From assembly GCF_000181795.1 (NCBI RefSeq), contig NW_003526943.1, positions 11,832,007 to 11,896,006 of the forward strand: 64,000 nt of DNA, in the 5' to 3' direction. Shown here piece by piece: positions 1-12,900 of this stretch. Both the position numbers and the translations under genes were made by a program. Numbering within the stretch: the stretch's first letter is position 1; the number at the start of each line of letters is the position of its first letter. A model generated the notes under the pieces. The model saw only the letters and a list, made by a program, of their open reading frames with translations. It had not been told where the DNA came from and ran no database searches. The DNA comes from Trichinella spiralis (taxonomy: Eukaryota).

Positions 1-149
1 ATTGGAGACATTCACATTCACAGATGATACCTTTTATTCCATTCTCATGTGCAACATATTCATACTGTACTTAAACATGATTTTCTTTAATAACAATACC
101 GTACAAATCTGATCCAATCTAACAATCTGGTATTTAATCCTGTTATATT

Positions 150-1889
150 ATGGCAAGATCAACTAAACGTGGTGGGAAAAAAAACCGTAAAGTTGTATTC
201 AGGAAGAACAGACTGAAGAACAAATGGAAAAACGAAAAACGGAAGCGTGGAATTAGAGTGTAATAGTATTACAAAATTTTTGCACTAATGCACTGGTCAG
301 CTTTAAATGTCGTTCGACTAATGTGTTATTTTCAAGCAGAAAAGGAGTGATTTCGAATTCCATCACAAAAATTGTGCAATGAGAAATAACTTTAAATACT
401 GTGAATGTTTTATATTAAGAAATTTAAAAGTTTATGATGGATATTTTTAGGCAAAACAATCTTATTCAACAAGTTTGGGACAAAACTGCATCTAATAAGA
501 AAAACATGCGTAGAATGGGGCTTGTTTTTGACGTAAACGGTCGTTTATCTGGCATGGTATTTTTATGTTGGCTTCATTAAATTTTAAAATTACTTTCAGT
601 TTGCTATCTTATTGTAAAGTGCTTTCATTTGATCATTAGTTTTTGTATGATTTTGATGATTAATATGAAATAGTTTCAGGCTAATGAAAAAGTTGGCAAC
701 AATGAAGACAACCAAACATCGAAATTTATCGAAAGTAATGGTGTTTTCTTCAACAATCATTTATTACAAAAGCATTTTAATTTTAGCTTTTGAGGAAGAA
801 CTGAAAAAGAGATGTGTGAAAAGTCATTATTTACCAATTTCAGAATTGAAATTTTTAGTTTACATGATGGAAAAGCACGGTGAAGATTTTGAAGTGAGTT
901 AAACAGTATTAAGTAATAATATATGTATGCAGGCATACTCCGCTTAACGCTCTTGGCTCGTTCCTGAGAAAAGAGCGTTAAGCGAAACAGCGTTGTACGG
1001 GGTCGTTATAGCATGTGTTTATAGTACATCCGTTCCAACAAAAATCAGAATATATACAGCAAAATTTGAAATATTCATAAAAATGTTTACATATTTTATT
1101 GTATTAATCGTTGTAATGATAGACCAGGCTTTGATTTCTCAACTTTAGGTTTCTTGGTGATGAAACTATGAAGCGTTAACTGTCTTACCTTACAGTTTTC
1201 TTTCATGTAGAATTTCTTGATAACAAGATATCATTTCAAGAACATCCTGTCTTGCTTTGTAACTCCGTTCATCCTCAGGATCCTGTTCTGTGAACTGGTC
1301 CATGATTTCTCTAATGTTGGTGATGCTATTCTTTGGGAATTCTGCTGTTATAGTTCTCAAAGGTATAATATCCTCTTTTGAATCAACGACTGTTGGCGTT
1401 TATTATCAGTGCATAAACAATGCCAGCCGTTTCAACTCATCATTGACAAGGCTCTCGTTATGAGGTAATGAACACAGCACACCAAAAATACATGACCGAA
1501 TATATGAAATCTAACAGAATCCAAACCAGTTATCGTAAATAATTGATAGAATGTATGAAATAACTCAAGCAGCATGATGTAATAAAATCGTTTCAGTACT
1601 GTTAAAAATATTTAGCCAAATGAGAAATTCATGAAATTTAAGGAAAAATGAGTCACGTGACATGCCAAAAAACTGGCGTTAAGCGGGGTATGCCTGTATA
1701 TATATATAGTAATGAATCTTTGAAATATTTCTTAATTGTAATTTCTCTAAACAGGCAATGGCGCGCGACTCTAGGAATTATTTTCAACGTACAAGCGGTC
1801 AAATGAGACGAGCTATTCAAGCTTTCAAGAAAATGCCTATACAGTATAATGCTTATTTGCGATTGAAAAATGCTGCAGTTAATGAATAA
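150..1889 (+). CDS. NOP16: Nucleolar protein 16 (multi-exon)
   Basis: Spliced translation: MARSTKRGGKKNRKVVFRKNRLKNKWKKRKRKRGIRV|QNNLIQQVWDKTASNKKNMRRMGLVFDVNG...YMMEKHGEDFE|AMARDSRNYFQRTSGQMRRAI...AAVNE*. The W-D...N...MGL and HGED..AMARD..NY.Q.T..Q motifs are typical of Nop16. ATG at 150, TAA at 1887-1889. Confidence 0.9.
930..1696 (-). mobile_element. Internally deleted Tigger/pogo-family DNA transposon (767 bp) in the last NOP16 intron
   Basis: 21-bp terminal inverted repeats CAGGCATACTCCGCTTAACGC (930-950) and GCGTTAAGCGGGGTATGCCTG (1676-1696), 20/21 match. TA-rich flanks. The minus strand encodes a transposase C-terminal relic: HNESLVNDEL...DQFTEQDPEDERSYKARQDVLEMISCYQEILHERK / RQLTLHSFITKKPK. 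Confidence 0.85.
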
Positions 1890-1891
1890 AA

Positions 1892-3172
1892 TTATTGGAA
1901 ATAATCGTCAATTAAATGCATTGAGACATCGTAATTTGGCACAGGATGCAATTTTAATGCTACAGACATCGAAATCAAAATGGGCCGATTGTTTGTTGAA
2001 ATCGCATTCTAACATACTCACAAGGAAGAATGCCGTAAACACGAAAGCGATGAATGCACGTGTAAGGCATATTTCCGTAGTTTCCAATAATTTCAACGTG
2101 TATTATTGATGTCATTTGAATTCGTTCAGCCTGAATGTAAAACGTTTGATAACTGTCTATGGAAGAAAAGCAACGCTCTTACTTCTACCGAAAAATACTG
2201 TATTTCACTGCTATTCGCATTATAAATATAAGAACCAAATAACCATGGCTTTTTATCTTTCAAATTCACTAAACCCTAAAAGTAATGACAATAAAATATG
2301 ATAATATTTTAATTTTATTAACAATATTATATTGAATAACAAATCGTAGTTTATTTAAAGATGTAAAGCTAAATTTTAATTAATATCCATTAATTGATTA
2401 AACTCTCTTATAATTATATGATGAAATGAAATTCACGTAATGCAAAAAATTAAAACGTTGTCTTACATAAAAATTTATTTCTTTTGGTGCAGTAAGTTTC
2501 CTGTAGTTCACCGTCTCATTTGAAGATGCACTGTGTTCATAAGAAAAGCCAGTTATTAGAACATTACTTTTCAGTCCGATTATCAAATTGCCTTTATTTC
2601 CTTTAAATGTCCAGCATTCATCAGATTTTGTATCATGCTAAATAGATAAAATTAAAACATAAAAATATTCAAATTTACAACTTACAGTGATTACTTTTCT
2701 TGCTGATTGATAAAACGTTAAATACCGATAGCCTGTCCAATAAGACAAAAAAGAGCCACATGGATAAGGTTCCGTTTCGGGAATATCCAGAATTTTAGCC
2801 CCTGTAAAGGAATAAAATTAACAAGCAATTTAATTTGTAGCACATTTTATACAAATGATACAGAATTCCACGTTTTTTAAAATATTGCCGATTTTTCAAA
2901 AAACAGAATTACCGTTATATTCATCGGCAAAATTGATCCATTTGAATCTATTACTCAGAAAATTATTTAGTAGAGAGGACAACACTTTATCATTATGGGT
3001 AATGGTTTGATTTCCTGAAATATCAATTTTCCTTTCAAAACAATAAATTATTACTGTTTCTTACCTTCAAAATTTATTTCATTCCGTTTCTTTTCATTGT
3101 AATATTCGTCCACTTCTTTTAATAATGTAAGCTGTTTACTAAATAAAAGTTATCCATCTTTGATCAAAATAC

Positions 3173-3214
<42 letters not shown>

Positions 3215-3930
3215 TTACTTATTTTCTATCAGCGGTTCTTCCTTCATTTTGTGCTCATCAAAATATTCGCCAATTTTTTTCTCGTGATTATAAAAACTCG
3301 ATGTTAAATGAAGAATCATGTTCAGATTTTTTTCTAATTCCTTGTTTCTTGCCATAATATCTGTTAATAAAATTTCAATTTCTTTTCTCTCAGATTCCCA
3401 GTGATTCCAACCATTGCATTGAAGTATTTTCCGCATTATCTCTAATAAATATTTGAAATATAAATAACGTATATTGTAAATTATAAATAACATTTAATCT
3501 ACACATTAAAAATGATAATATCACGAATCTTCATATGAATATTTTAGCATAAATAATTAACCAGGTTAAAGTATTACACTAATGTAAATCTCCACAAACA
3601 TTAAATGAAAAAAACGATAAATTTCAATGTCGAAAATTCATTCGATTACATATTCAAAATGATGATATTCGACTTATATCTTTTACTTGAAAATTAAAAT
3701 TTAGAGAAACTTACCAGTACCACAGGTTACAGCAGATAACAATATAATTATATAAAATAGTAATTTCATCCACAAAACATAAAATCTTTCTTCAGATGCA
3801 ATTAGCTCTGCTTCAAAGCGCACAGCGGAACTTACATTTGACGTTGCAGTGCGCTTTGAAGATCTGCTATTTGAAAGTGGAACAGAATCATTCAGAGATA
3901 TAGAAGAATTGAATGAACGATCTGCAAGTC
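1892..3930 (-). CDS. SUN (Sad1/UNC-84) domain nuclear envelope protein; 5' end uncertain
   Basis: Spliced minus-strand exons give a TM segment (LLFYIIILLSAVTC), a coiled-coil-like region, then NFADEYNGAKIL...ECWTFKGNKGNLIIGL...FSYEH...APKEINFYGL...NYGNMPYTCIHRFRVYG, which are canonical SUN-domain motifs. The last exon SLKLHPVPNYDVSMHLIDDYFQ* ends at 1892. If that intron is not spliced, the stop is near 1976. Confidence 0.85.
3175..3213. repeat. (AAT)n microsatellite in a SUN gene intron
   Basis: About 13 consecutive AAT units. This explains the poly-N ORF at 3160-3357. Confidence 0.95.
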
Positions 3931-5482
3931 TAGATAGAAATACATCACAAATTTTATACTGAATAATCATGCATGCAAAAACAAATCCCATAAAGTTTTC
4001 ATTTAAAATAGCACGTATCACATATCTACATTAATCTTTTTCACCATTTCAACAGTTAATGGACATTTAAATTACTTAATTCAAAGAATAACTTACAAAT
4101 ATCATAGCTTGAAACAAGCAGTGCATAAATTACATTTCGTTTCTGGGATAAATTTAGTGGAAATAAAAGGCGAAAAGAAAAGTTCACTTTAAATTAATGT
4201 TGTTTGGCATTGGTACTTACTCAGAATCTTCACAGTGGTATTGATTTAGATAACGCCAAATCATGGAAAGGTGAAATTAAAACTTTATCCCTTAGTTTTT
4301 GAGTTAAGGAACATAATTTTTAAAAATACTACAGTACGCATTAGTTCGACAGTCAGGTAGTAAAGATAGTATGTAAAAAGGACGTGTTACTGTTCAAAGT
4401 TGTAACGCTATCCACCAAATATGACAAAAATATCGGTTTGCCAGAAGTATTTAAATAAAGTTCAAATATTATCTGAAATAGTGCATAATCCTTTAATGTA
4501 AACTAGATAATCGAACTAATGAAATTCTAAAGTAAATCAAAAAATTTAACAAAAATTGCTCCAATTTGTCTCTTGTGATGTATTTCTAAACTACAATTGG
4601 GTTTACCGCATTAAACTAATATGAGTATTCTAAGGTTTAGAAATACTAAAGTGACACAAATATCCTCCTGAAACACAAACTATTTTGCTAGCAGTTTGTA
4701 TATTGAAAAAATGATATTTGTATTATTAATTATTTTCTTAATCCATTATTTATAAATTTAGGTAAGATGAATTCTTTTTTTCAAAAAACACAAATATTGC
4801 CGATTAATGACGATAAAAGCCAAAGGCTAATGTATTATTTTATTACTTAAATTATATCATAAAAAGTATTGAAGACGATATTGTAATTTATACTTTGTGA
4901 TTAAAAATAATTCATTGTCATCTAAAAAAGATTAAGAATAGTTGTTGTTTGTGTTGTTTGCCAGATGTGCTTCACTTTCGTATATCTTTTTGTTTTAATT
5001 GTACTACATGTGCTCTGTTTCTGTCTGTCATTTGCATTATTGTAAACGTATTGCAAAATGTAAATTTTTGCGTTGTTGACATTTACAAGAATACTCTCCG
5101 ACCACAACGACAGCGTATCGTATATAGTTTAGAACATCATGCATTTACCAATTCTATTATCAGGGAATTTACAATTCCCGCAAAATATATATATATATAT
5201 ATATCAAGGATATCATAATGTGCATCTGTATTAATTATTTGCCCTTTATAATAATAGCTATATTATAATCCCCTTCTGTTGGATATATATATATATATGA
5301 TGAATATCAAATGTTCACTGTACAAGAAGTAGCAGTATAAACTGTTTAATATTTTCAAAATGCACAAGAACAGATAAAAAGTACTGACTGCATAGCTAAA
5401 AAAATAATTCATGAAAATTCACCTGGATAAAAAAACTCTCCCTTTCAATTTTCATTCAAAATCAATAAAGCAGATGTTCCAG

Positions 5483-8400
5483 TCATACAATGCTAGTAGT
5501 AAAATGTGCTGAAGTGGTTGTCGTTGCATCAGGTAATGAACTGATTGTCGATGTTTTTGTTGTAGCTTTGTTTGCATCATAAAGAGGATTTACATTCCAA
5601 CTTAACTGAGTTGTCCGTTTTTCTACACTGTTGCTATTTATTGGAGGTTTGAATGTTGGATCATTGCCAGTGGAGCGTATTTCTGCATCTACAGATTGAA
5701 CTGAAGTCGCAGGGATATTTCTGCTTCTGCTGCTTGGTGGTGGCTTCGTTAAGGACCACTGCTGTTGCTGCTTATTAAGTGTTGTTGAATTGGATAAATT
5801 TGCATAACTGGATTGTCTGCTTCCATAAGACTGAAAAGCATTATTGCTTGGTGTTCTCCGAGGCTCAAATGCTGATGGTCGATTTGCTCTTTGTGATCGA
5901 CTAATAGTGGCATAAGGAGCGCGGTCAAGGGAGTGGACAGTTGATTCACCTACTTTTGGACTTTCCCATCCATGCGAATGATGATACAACGTTGTATGGC
6001 TGTTTTGCTTTTGCCGATCTGCCGCTCTGGGCAATGTACCGAACGTGCTTACATTGTCTTCACATAATGCTAGTCTTGATGACCAATTAAGTTCCGGGTT
6101 ATTTAGTGGTGCTAATTTTTGTGATTTTGTCGAATCTTCAGTGCCGTGGTGGGACTTAAGCCAATAAACTTCACCTGCCCCTTTTGAAGCATTATTACAT
6201 TTTTCTGCTGCTTGCAACAACGCAAGCTTTTTGCATTCATTGTTTGTGGCAAACGCCAGTTCATCCGACAGCAAAATCAGTGTTGATTCGTTGCAAGCCT
6301 GGCCTTCTAGTGTGCGCATGTCGAGCAAGTTTCCCAATTCTGTTAATGTATGCCTGACAGTAAATGTCCAGTCACGTTTCAGTGTTAACCCTAGCCAAAG
6401 TAGTATCCAAAGAAACAGATAGCAGACGTCGCTTATAATACAGCTGAGAAGCATCGGTTGAGGCTGATGCTGATACAACACCATCAAATCGTACAGAATC
6501 GGTGCTTTGCAAAGCACCATCATAACAAGCATCACAATCGCTGCTATATGTGCAGAATAGCCTTCACAATATACACTATAAACTTTATGTAGTAATCTAC
6601 AATGACCTCGGGCTGACAGCACGCAAAGACAGTACTTGTTGTACCCGTAACCGTAGACGACCATCGAAGCAAATAGCATAACAGCTGTAGTTGCTAAATA
6701 TATGATAACCAAAAAGGGCTCTTGAAGTAGAAATGGAGTCTGATGAGCAGGATCGTATAATCCAGCTATGTAAACCTGGCGTAAAATTGAGTAAGCAACA
6801 AAGCAAAAAAGTGCACTGATTGCATGAATCATTAGATGCATGCTAAACACTAAGCTGAAACTTCGACTAGCTCGCCAAAAAACTGACGGATAAACAATAG
6901 CAAACGCTGCCAGAGCGCAAGCATAGTTCAAAAACGGAAGCGAAATGCCAAATGTGCGAACAGGAATTACAGTCTGATGTAATTTCTGTTCTATTCGACT
7001 GTCGTTTTCATATGGTGCATATGAGGGAATACGGAATCGCTGATTTCGATATACAAATTTTAATTCTGTAAACCATATTTCATCTAAAATGAAAAGAACC
7101 TTTCAAAATATGCCAATGCAACTTTTAGGTAAGATTTTATCAAATTAAATTGTTTAAAACAAATATATTATTAAAAAAAATTATGAACTTCAGTATTAGT
7201 AAAATTTAAAACTTTTCCAAGCCTACATTTTTTGTAAAGCTCTATAAAAATGATTTAAAGTTTATCATATTACAACTGCTTCTTCAATCAAATTACTTTT
7301 ATTACAACAATAAATTATCACTTTAACATTAATCATAAAAAATCTTTTAATGATAATTAGTGCAAGTTTAAATTATTGTTTTAGACGGAGCGGTTTAGAA
7401 ATAAAATTAGCAGCATCATTATGAACAGCGTCCAAAATGTTGCATTTTAAAACACAGCTGTTGTGCTATTAGGAAAAAATTTGTTATCATACTTCAAGCC
7501 ATTGCAAAAGATGTCTTTGGCTAATAAATTAATAACACCTGGCGATGGAGAACATAAAGCAATCTAATCTTACTTGAAACGAAATTTCGTCATCAATAAA
7601 GCTATAAATAGATAATTCAACGAACATTTTACCAAGTAAAATTTACATCTGCTAATACTTGTTAAATTTTTTGTGAGTTCTTTTTTCTGAATTTCAGATT
7701 AACATGCTTTACTGGTTAAAAATATTGTGTTTGCGCAACTAAACTGTAAACGTGATTAATATTTAAAACAAAAAGAAAAAACTTTAAAAATTTTCGTAAT
7801 ATATTTTTTTGAAAAATTATCCTTTTAAACTGAGCTCTTAAACATTTTTTCAGCGAAATAATTCCTATTTAAGTAAGATTAAAAAATTTTAAATGTCTTG
7901 CTTTGAAGTTTTATTTAAATTAAAATCTTTTCCGTGTCTACGCTGGAATCGTTTTTCACACGTATCCACTAATTTGGAACCTAGATTTTATGAATGGTAA
8001 TCTTACTTATTACAGTTTAAAAATTATAAATAAAAATTTCATAATATCTAAGAATTTCAAATTATAGTTGAAACAAGGAAAAACCTGTTAATAATTAAAA
8101 ATAACTTAATTACTACAATTTAGTGAATAATGTGCAAGAAAGGAATAAATTTAATAAATGAACTACGATAGCTTGAAATGCAATTTCATATGTTTACACT
8201 GTTGCAGAAGATTAACGACATTTTCGTATATCACTGAAAGCTTCATCATTGCCTAAACAGTTGATTGAAGGAATGTCAAAATGTTGTTAATTTGATAAAT
8301 GAAAAGTGTATAAATTAAATCTAACCATTTCAAGAAAAGTTTTTCAAATAGTGGCAAAACAGAGGCTTGCTTGTTCAATAACTATTTGTTGTTGTATAGA

Positions 8401-10400
8401 CACTGATGAGTAATCTTAATAAATAAAAATCACTGTGTAAAAATTAGAAAAAGCTTAAAAGAAATAATTCGGTAATGCTAGTTCAAACTGATGGTTTCAT
8501 AGTTTGATAGCATTGGTTTGTGCAAGCAACAAGTTTCATCAATAATGCGTCTATCAATAATTAATTTTTATCAAACATAGCACGTTAACATCGCAGCTAA
8601 CTCCATGTGGGTGCTCTTCAAGCTTTATAGTCATAGCAATTTGTCGAGTAATGTTTAATTTAAATAATTCACGTTTCATGCCATTTGAAATGTGAAAGTG
8701 AATCAACTATTCAGATTAAATTAGAATACTGCTTTGAAATTGAACATTCATTCATTCATACCATACCAACAATATAAAAAATGCTAGAACACCAACCATA
8801 TAACAATATAAAAAATACCAACAATATAAAAAATGCCAGAATTTCATATTATATGCAAAGAATAATAGTGAAAATGTAAAAAATTAAGATTTAAACGAAA
8901 TAATTTCGGAAATAAAATATTTTATGAATTATATATAATCTTCAATCTGTGAAGTAAATTTCTGATAAATTAACTTATTAAAATTTTAATTTAAACATGT
9001 TTCCGATGTAGACGAAAAATAGTTAATGTAATACAAAAATTATAGCTACCATTTGAGAATGTTATGCAGAAAAACAAATGAAAACTTTTTCAATACACAA
9101 TTAATTTTTTTACTTAACTTGGCAAGAACTTCAAATTGCATATCTTAAAACTTTAAAATGCATATGAACATCGTATCTACATATCAGCAAAATGTGCTAC
9201 AAAAATAAAATAGTAATAATGATGTGAAATGATGATATTACAAAATAAATATTAATAAATACTACTATGTACATTTCATTATAAAAATTATACTAACTGA
9301 TTAGAAATTATAAGCTTAACCAAAAAATTACAACCAGCGTACTGAAATAATGTGTTCATTTGCCTAATCTTTAATTTATTTCTTACTCATCTAGATGTAA
9401 TAAGGGATTATATTTTATTTATTCAAGGTTTATTCATGGCATATGAAATGCTTACATTTAATATTTGAACTGAATCTAATTAAATTCAAAAAAATAACTA
9501 GCAGTAGTTCAATTTTTATCATCACAAATAAAGTTTACTTTTCTTTATTTAATCGTACATCTTGGAAATCAATGAGCTAAGCATACTAACTGTAGTTGGC
9601 ATTTATTCAATCTCCTATATATATACATAGACATATGCATAAGTTTTTCTAAAATTATCCTTTACACTATGATAACCGAATAAATGTTTTTCTGTTTTCA
9701 CTTTCAAAGACATATTTTCAATTCTTGTCTTTAATATGTAAAAATCGTTTACTCTCTTCAAGCATAAAATATAACTGCGAATTGTGATATAGGACTTGTT
9801 TGCCAAATGCAAAAACATCTAACTACGTCTAATAAACAACAAACGTCAAAACGTAAACATCGAATATGACTGGCACGATAAAGCGACAGGCGCGTTAGAT
9901 GAGCGGCTAAGTAACATGTCAACAGGATATTAATCAAAAAAGGGAAAATACTTACCAATTCTTAGTTGAGATTCATCTCCTTGAAATTCAGCTTCAACCA
10001 GCGCTCCACAAAGCAAAAAAGTACTAGCAATGATCAAATGAAGGGTCTGAGTAACTGGTAAACCATGAAGCCAACATGCTTTCAATTTCCGGCAGCACCA
10101 GTTACCAGCGGTGTGAATAATTGGGGGTCGTTTTTCGCCAATTCGAACACAATCGTTGGCCAAATTTCCAACTTTAAAAATGGCCGAAACAATGAAAAAT
10201 GGCAATAACGTTACGGCTAAGCCATGTAAGCCGATGTAAAGTGGCAAAAAGCTAGATGAATTTTCATTCAATTTGCTTTCTGCTAAAGTCGAATATCGTT
10301 CTATTCCAACATAAAGTAAATAGCCTTGCAAGAACACGAAAAAGAAGCAATACCAAATCGAGGCGATCGAATTTAACTCAGCTCTGTACAAGCAGCCCAT
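5483..10400 (-). CDS. Tincar-like multi-pass membrane protein (2 coding exons, ~2.9 kb intron)
   Basis: Exon 1 (10400-9956): MGCLYRAELNSIASIWYCFFFVFLQGYLLY...KVGNLAND...HGLP..QTLHL. Exon 2 (~7085-5483): FLNYACALAAFAIVYPSVFW...FSLVFS, several TM helices, WILLWLGLTLKRDWTF and a low-complexity tail. This matches the Drosophila tincar family pattern. Confidence 0.75.
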
Positions 10401-10596
10401 CTTAAATCAATAAGCTATTTTATATTATAAAAACGATGGGGAAAAAGTTAGCTTGAAACTGATAGCAGAGACGAACTGAACAGAGCCATGTCTACGAACA
10501 GCATGCGCAACCAAGACGCTGGCATCGTTTGATGGCTAAGAGAGAAAAAGCACAGCCGCGCCAAACTTTTCACTGCCAAACAAGTAACCAAGCTTT

Positions 10597-10812
10597 CTCT
10601 TCCTTTCTTTTGCTCATTCTCATTCACGCATCTTCATTCTCTCTTCTTCTTCTTCTTTCTCTCTTACCCTCTATTCTCACTGCTATTTCTCTCTCTCTCT
10701 CTCTCTCCTTCTCTATCCCTCTTTCTCCCTCTCCCTCTACCCCTTTGTCATTCACTTTCCCTCTCTTTCTCTCGCTCTCGCTCTCTTCCTCTCTTTCTTC
10801 TTTTTCTTGTCT
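10597..10812. repeat. CT-rich/(GA)n low-complexity tract 5' of the tincar-like gene
   Basis: About 200 bp of almost pure pyrimidine on the + strand, including a (CT)n run near 10688-10706. Confidence 0.9.
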
Positions 10813-11949
10813 TCGAATCCAACATGCTTTGACAAGCATTTGCCGCCGTTTAATGCTTACGCCATCTGGATATAATTTTGCTACTGACCTTTGAAAACAT
10901 TGTCTCATTTGGCAGACAATCGATGCAAACGCTTTTTCCACTTTGTCTATGCTGATTGAATAAAATGATCAATAAAACGGTCCTACTAATAAATAAATTG
11001 AACATGCCGAGTGAAGCTTTTTCAGCTGCTTATGCAGATGAACCTCCGATCTAGAATGTATTGATTCTAGAAAGAATGACGTCCTTTTGAATATTAAATC
11101 TCTAGATCAATGAAAAGACCGCAAAGAAGGCAGTCAGTCATTTTGCTTCAGTGATAGATATCATGGCAAAAAGTCAACTGGGTAAAATAAAACTCGCCGT
11201 CGTTATTCACCTTATTACTTGTTAAAATATCTACACGAATAAATTCATTGTAAACTAAAAAAAAGGATTTATTTATTCAATGGAAACTCTATGTAAAATA
11301 AAACTTCATTTCATAGACTTTGTTATGTTTGCATCAATTGATTTACACTAAGTGAAGAGCTTCATGCAAAAAGTATTTTCCACTCTTCCACGACTGGATC
11401 ATTGAAAGTTTGTATCTGCAAATTGTTCAAAAAAAAGTTTGATAAAATCCAAATTACTTTTATTCAAAAATTTCAATGCTTACCTTTTTAATTTGAAAAT
11501 TAAAAAATTAGCGTATTAAAATGCAAAACAACATTTACTTTCAATTTAATCAATACCGTCTTAATAATATTTTTAAAGTATAAAGAAATGTTTTCCATTG
11601 AATTTTAAGTCTCTTTTTAATGTTTTATGCAATATTGCTAATGTAATACTAATTTATATTTGTAATAACTATCATTAATGGTAAAAGTGTTTTGCAGAAA
11701 AAAGCCTCTAACAAAGTTAAAACTAAGGTAATTATAATTGTAATTCTGTAAAGTTTTTAAAGGAATAATAACGGTAATTTAATAATAATAACGGTGTATT
11801 ACAATGTGCATGCAAAAAAACTGAAATTTTATCTTTTTATATGTTAAATCTTATTTTTTGTTTCACAAGGGTTTTCACTAACAAATTCTTCATATGTAAT
11901 GCATGTCATTATTGGAAATATTTAAAACTCAGTACATATAAATAAATTT

Positions 11950-12900
11950 AAATCGGCGTGCTAGTGGCCGTACACCCAGCGGACATCAAGTGATCCACCT
12001 TCCGTGCTGGATGAGCCGAGGAGTTTCCAAGTTGTCGCAGTCATCGCGACCACCACGGAAGCGTTCTCTCTCTGCTCAAATACGATGAACTCAGAAATAG
12101 ATGACGAAAAGAAAAGAACTCAGTCAAGGTGATATCGTACTCGTAACGGAAGACAACGTCAAAAGAGAAAATTGGCCAATCGGAAGAATAACATCTATGT
12201 TTCCATGAAGTGATGGACTGATAAAAATAGTACAAGTGAAGACAACAAAAGGAATATTTATACGACCCATGGTGAGACTATACTTGTTAGAATCAGCAAA
12301 TGTAGTATGATGGACGTTGTCCATCGCAGAGAGAATGTTATGAATTGTGGTAAGAAATAGATCCTGAACATCATAATGCGCTTACTGTATTATCACTGTA
12401 TTGATAAATATCGAATAAGAATAAATATTTATTTCGTCGATTATTGGTGACCTAGTGCAGTCGTTACTGTCGAAACAGTTGCTGTGTCATGAAAATGAAG
12501 GTGAAGTTGTAGGTGCGTTTGAAATTACTGTTTACGTAGTAAATTGCGTAAATGAATAGAGTGTGCGTTACTTGCTTGAATCAAGAAGTTTCGCATAGCA
12601 GACAGAACTCATCGGATCCCTGTATGCAGTGCTGATACTGTGTAAAAAGTACAGGAACTGCAAGATAAGTCGAAAAGACTGATTTGATTGGTATCAGTGT
12701 GAAGGAAAGACGCTGGTCCTTGACACAGATGTTGAAATAGTGTGAATCGTAACTACTTGATTTACCAATTAGGGTAGTGAATGATTTTCGAACGCGAATG
12801 ACTTTGGTTTACCGCTCTGAAACTAGATCGTCAGAAGAACCTGACGATCAGAAAAGGAAAATTCGACGGGGAATTTATAGTACTTATTATTTGTAATACT
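11950..12900 (+). mobile_element. BEL/Pao LTR retrotransposon 3' remnant (polyprotein end, PPT, probable LTR; right end approximate)
   Basis: The + strand at ~12115-12310 reads ELSQGDIVLVTEDNVKRENWPIGRITSMFP*SDGLIKIVQVKTTKGIFIRPMVRLYLLE, the BEL/Pao C-terminal (DUF5641-like) motif with an in-frame stop. It is followed by purine-rich GCAGAGAGAA and TGTTATGAA at 12336, a likely LTR start. Confidence 0.8.

Noticed and set aside
260..680. Intronic snoRNAs in NOP16
   Set aside because: No convincing paired C/D boxes with a terminal stem, or H/ACA structure, could be seen by eye. A covariance-model search would be needed.
3160..3357. Poly-Asn ORF
   Set aside because: An (AAT)n microsatellite, antisense within the SUN gene.
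8765..8841. Three copies of AACAATATAAAAAAT with short spacers (CRISPR-like at a glance)
   Set aside because: A short AT-rich local duplication in a eukaryotic intron; no regular spacers and no cas genes.
10529..10941. Leu/Ser-rich (+) and Glu/Arg-rich (-) ORFs
   Set aside because: Translation artefacts of the CT/GA tract.
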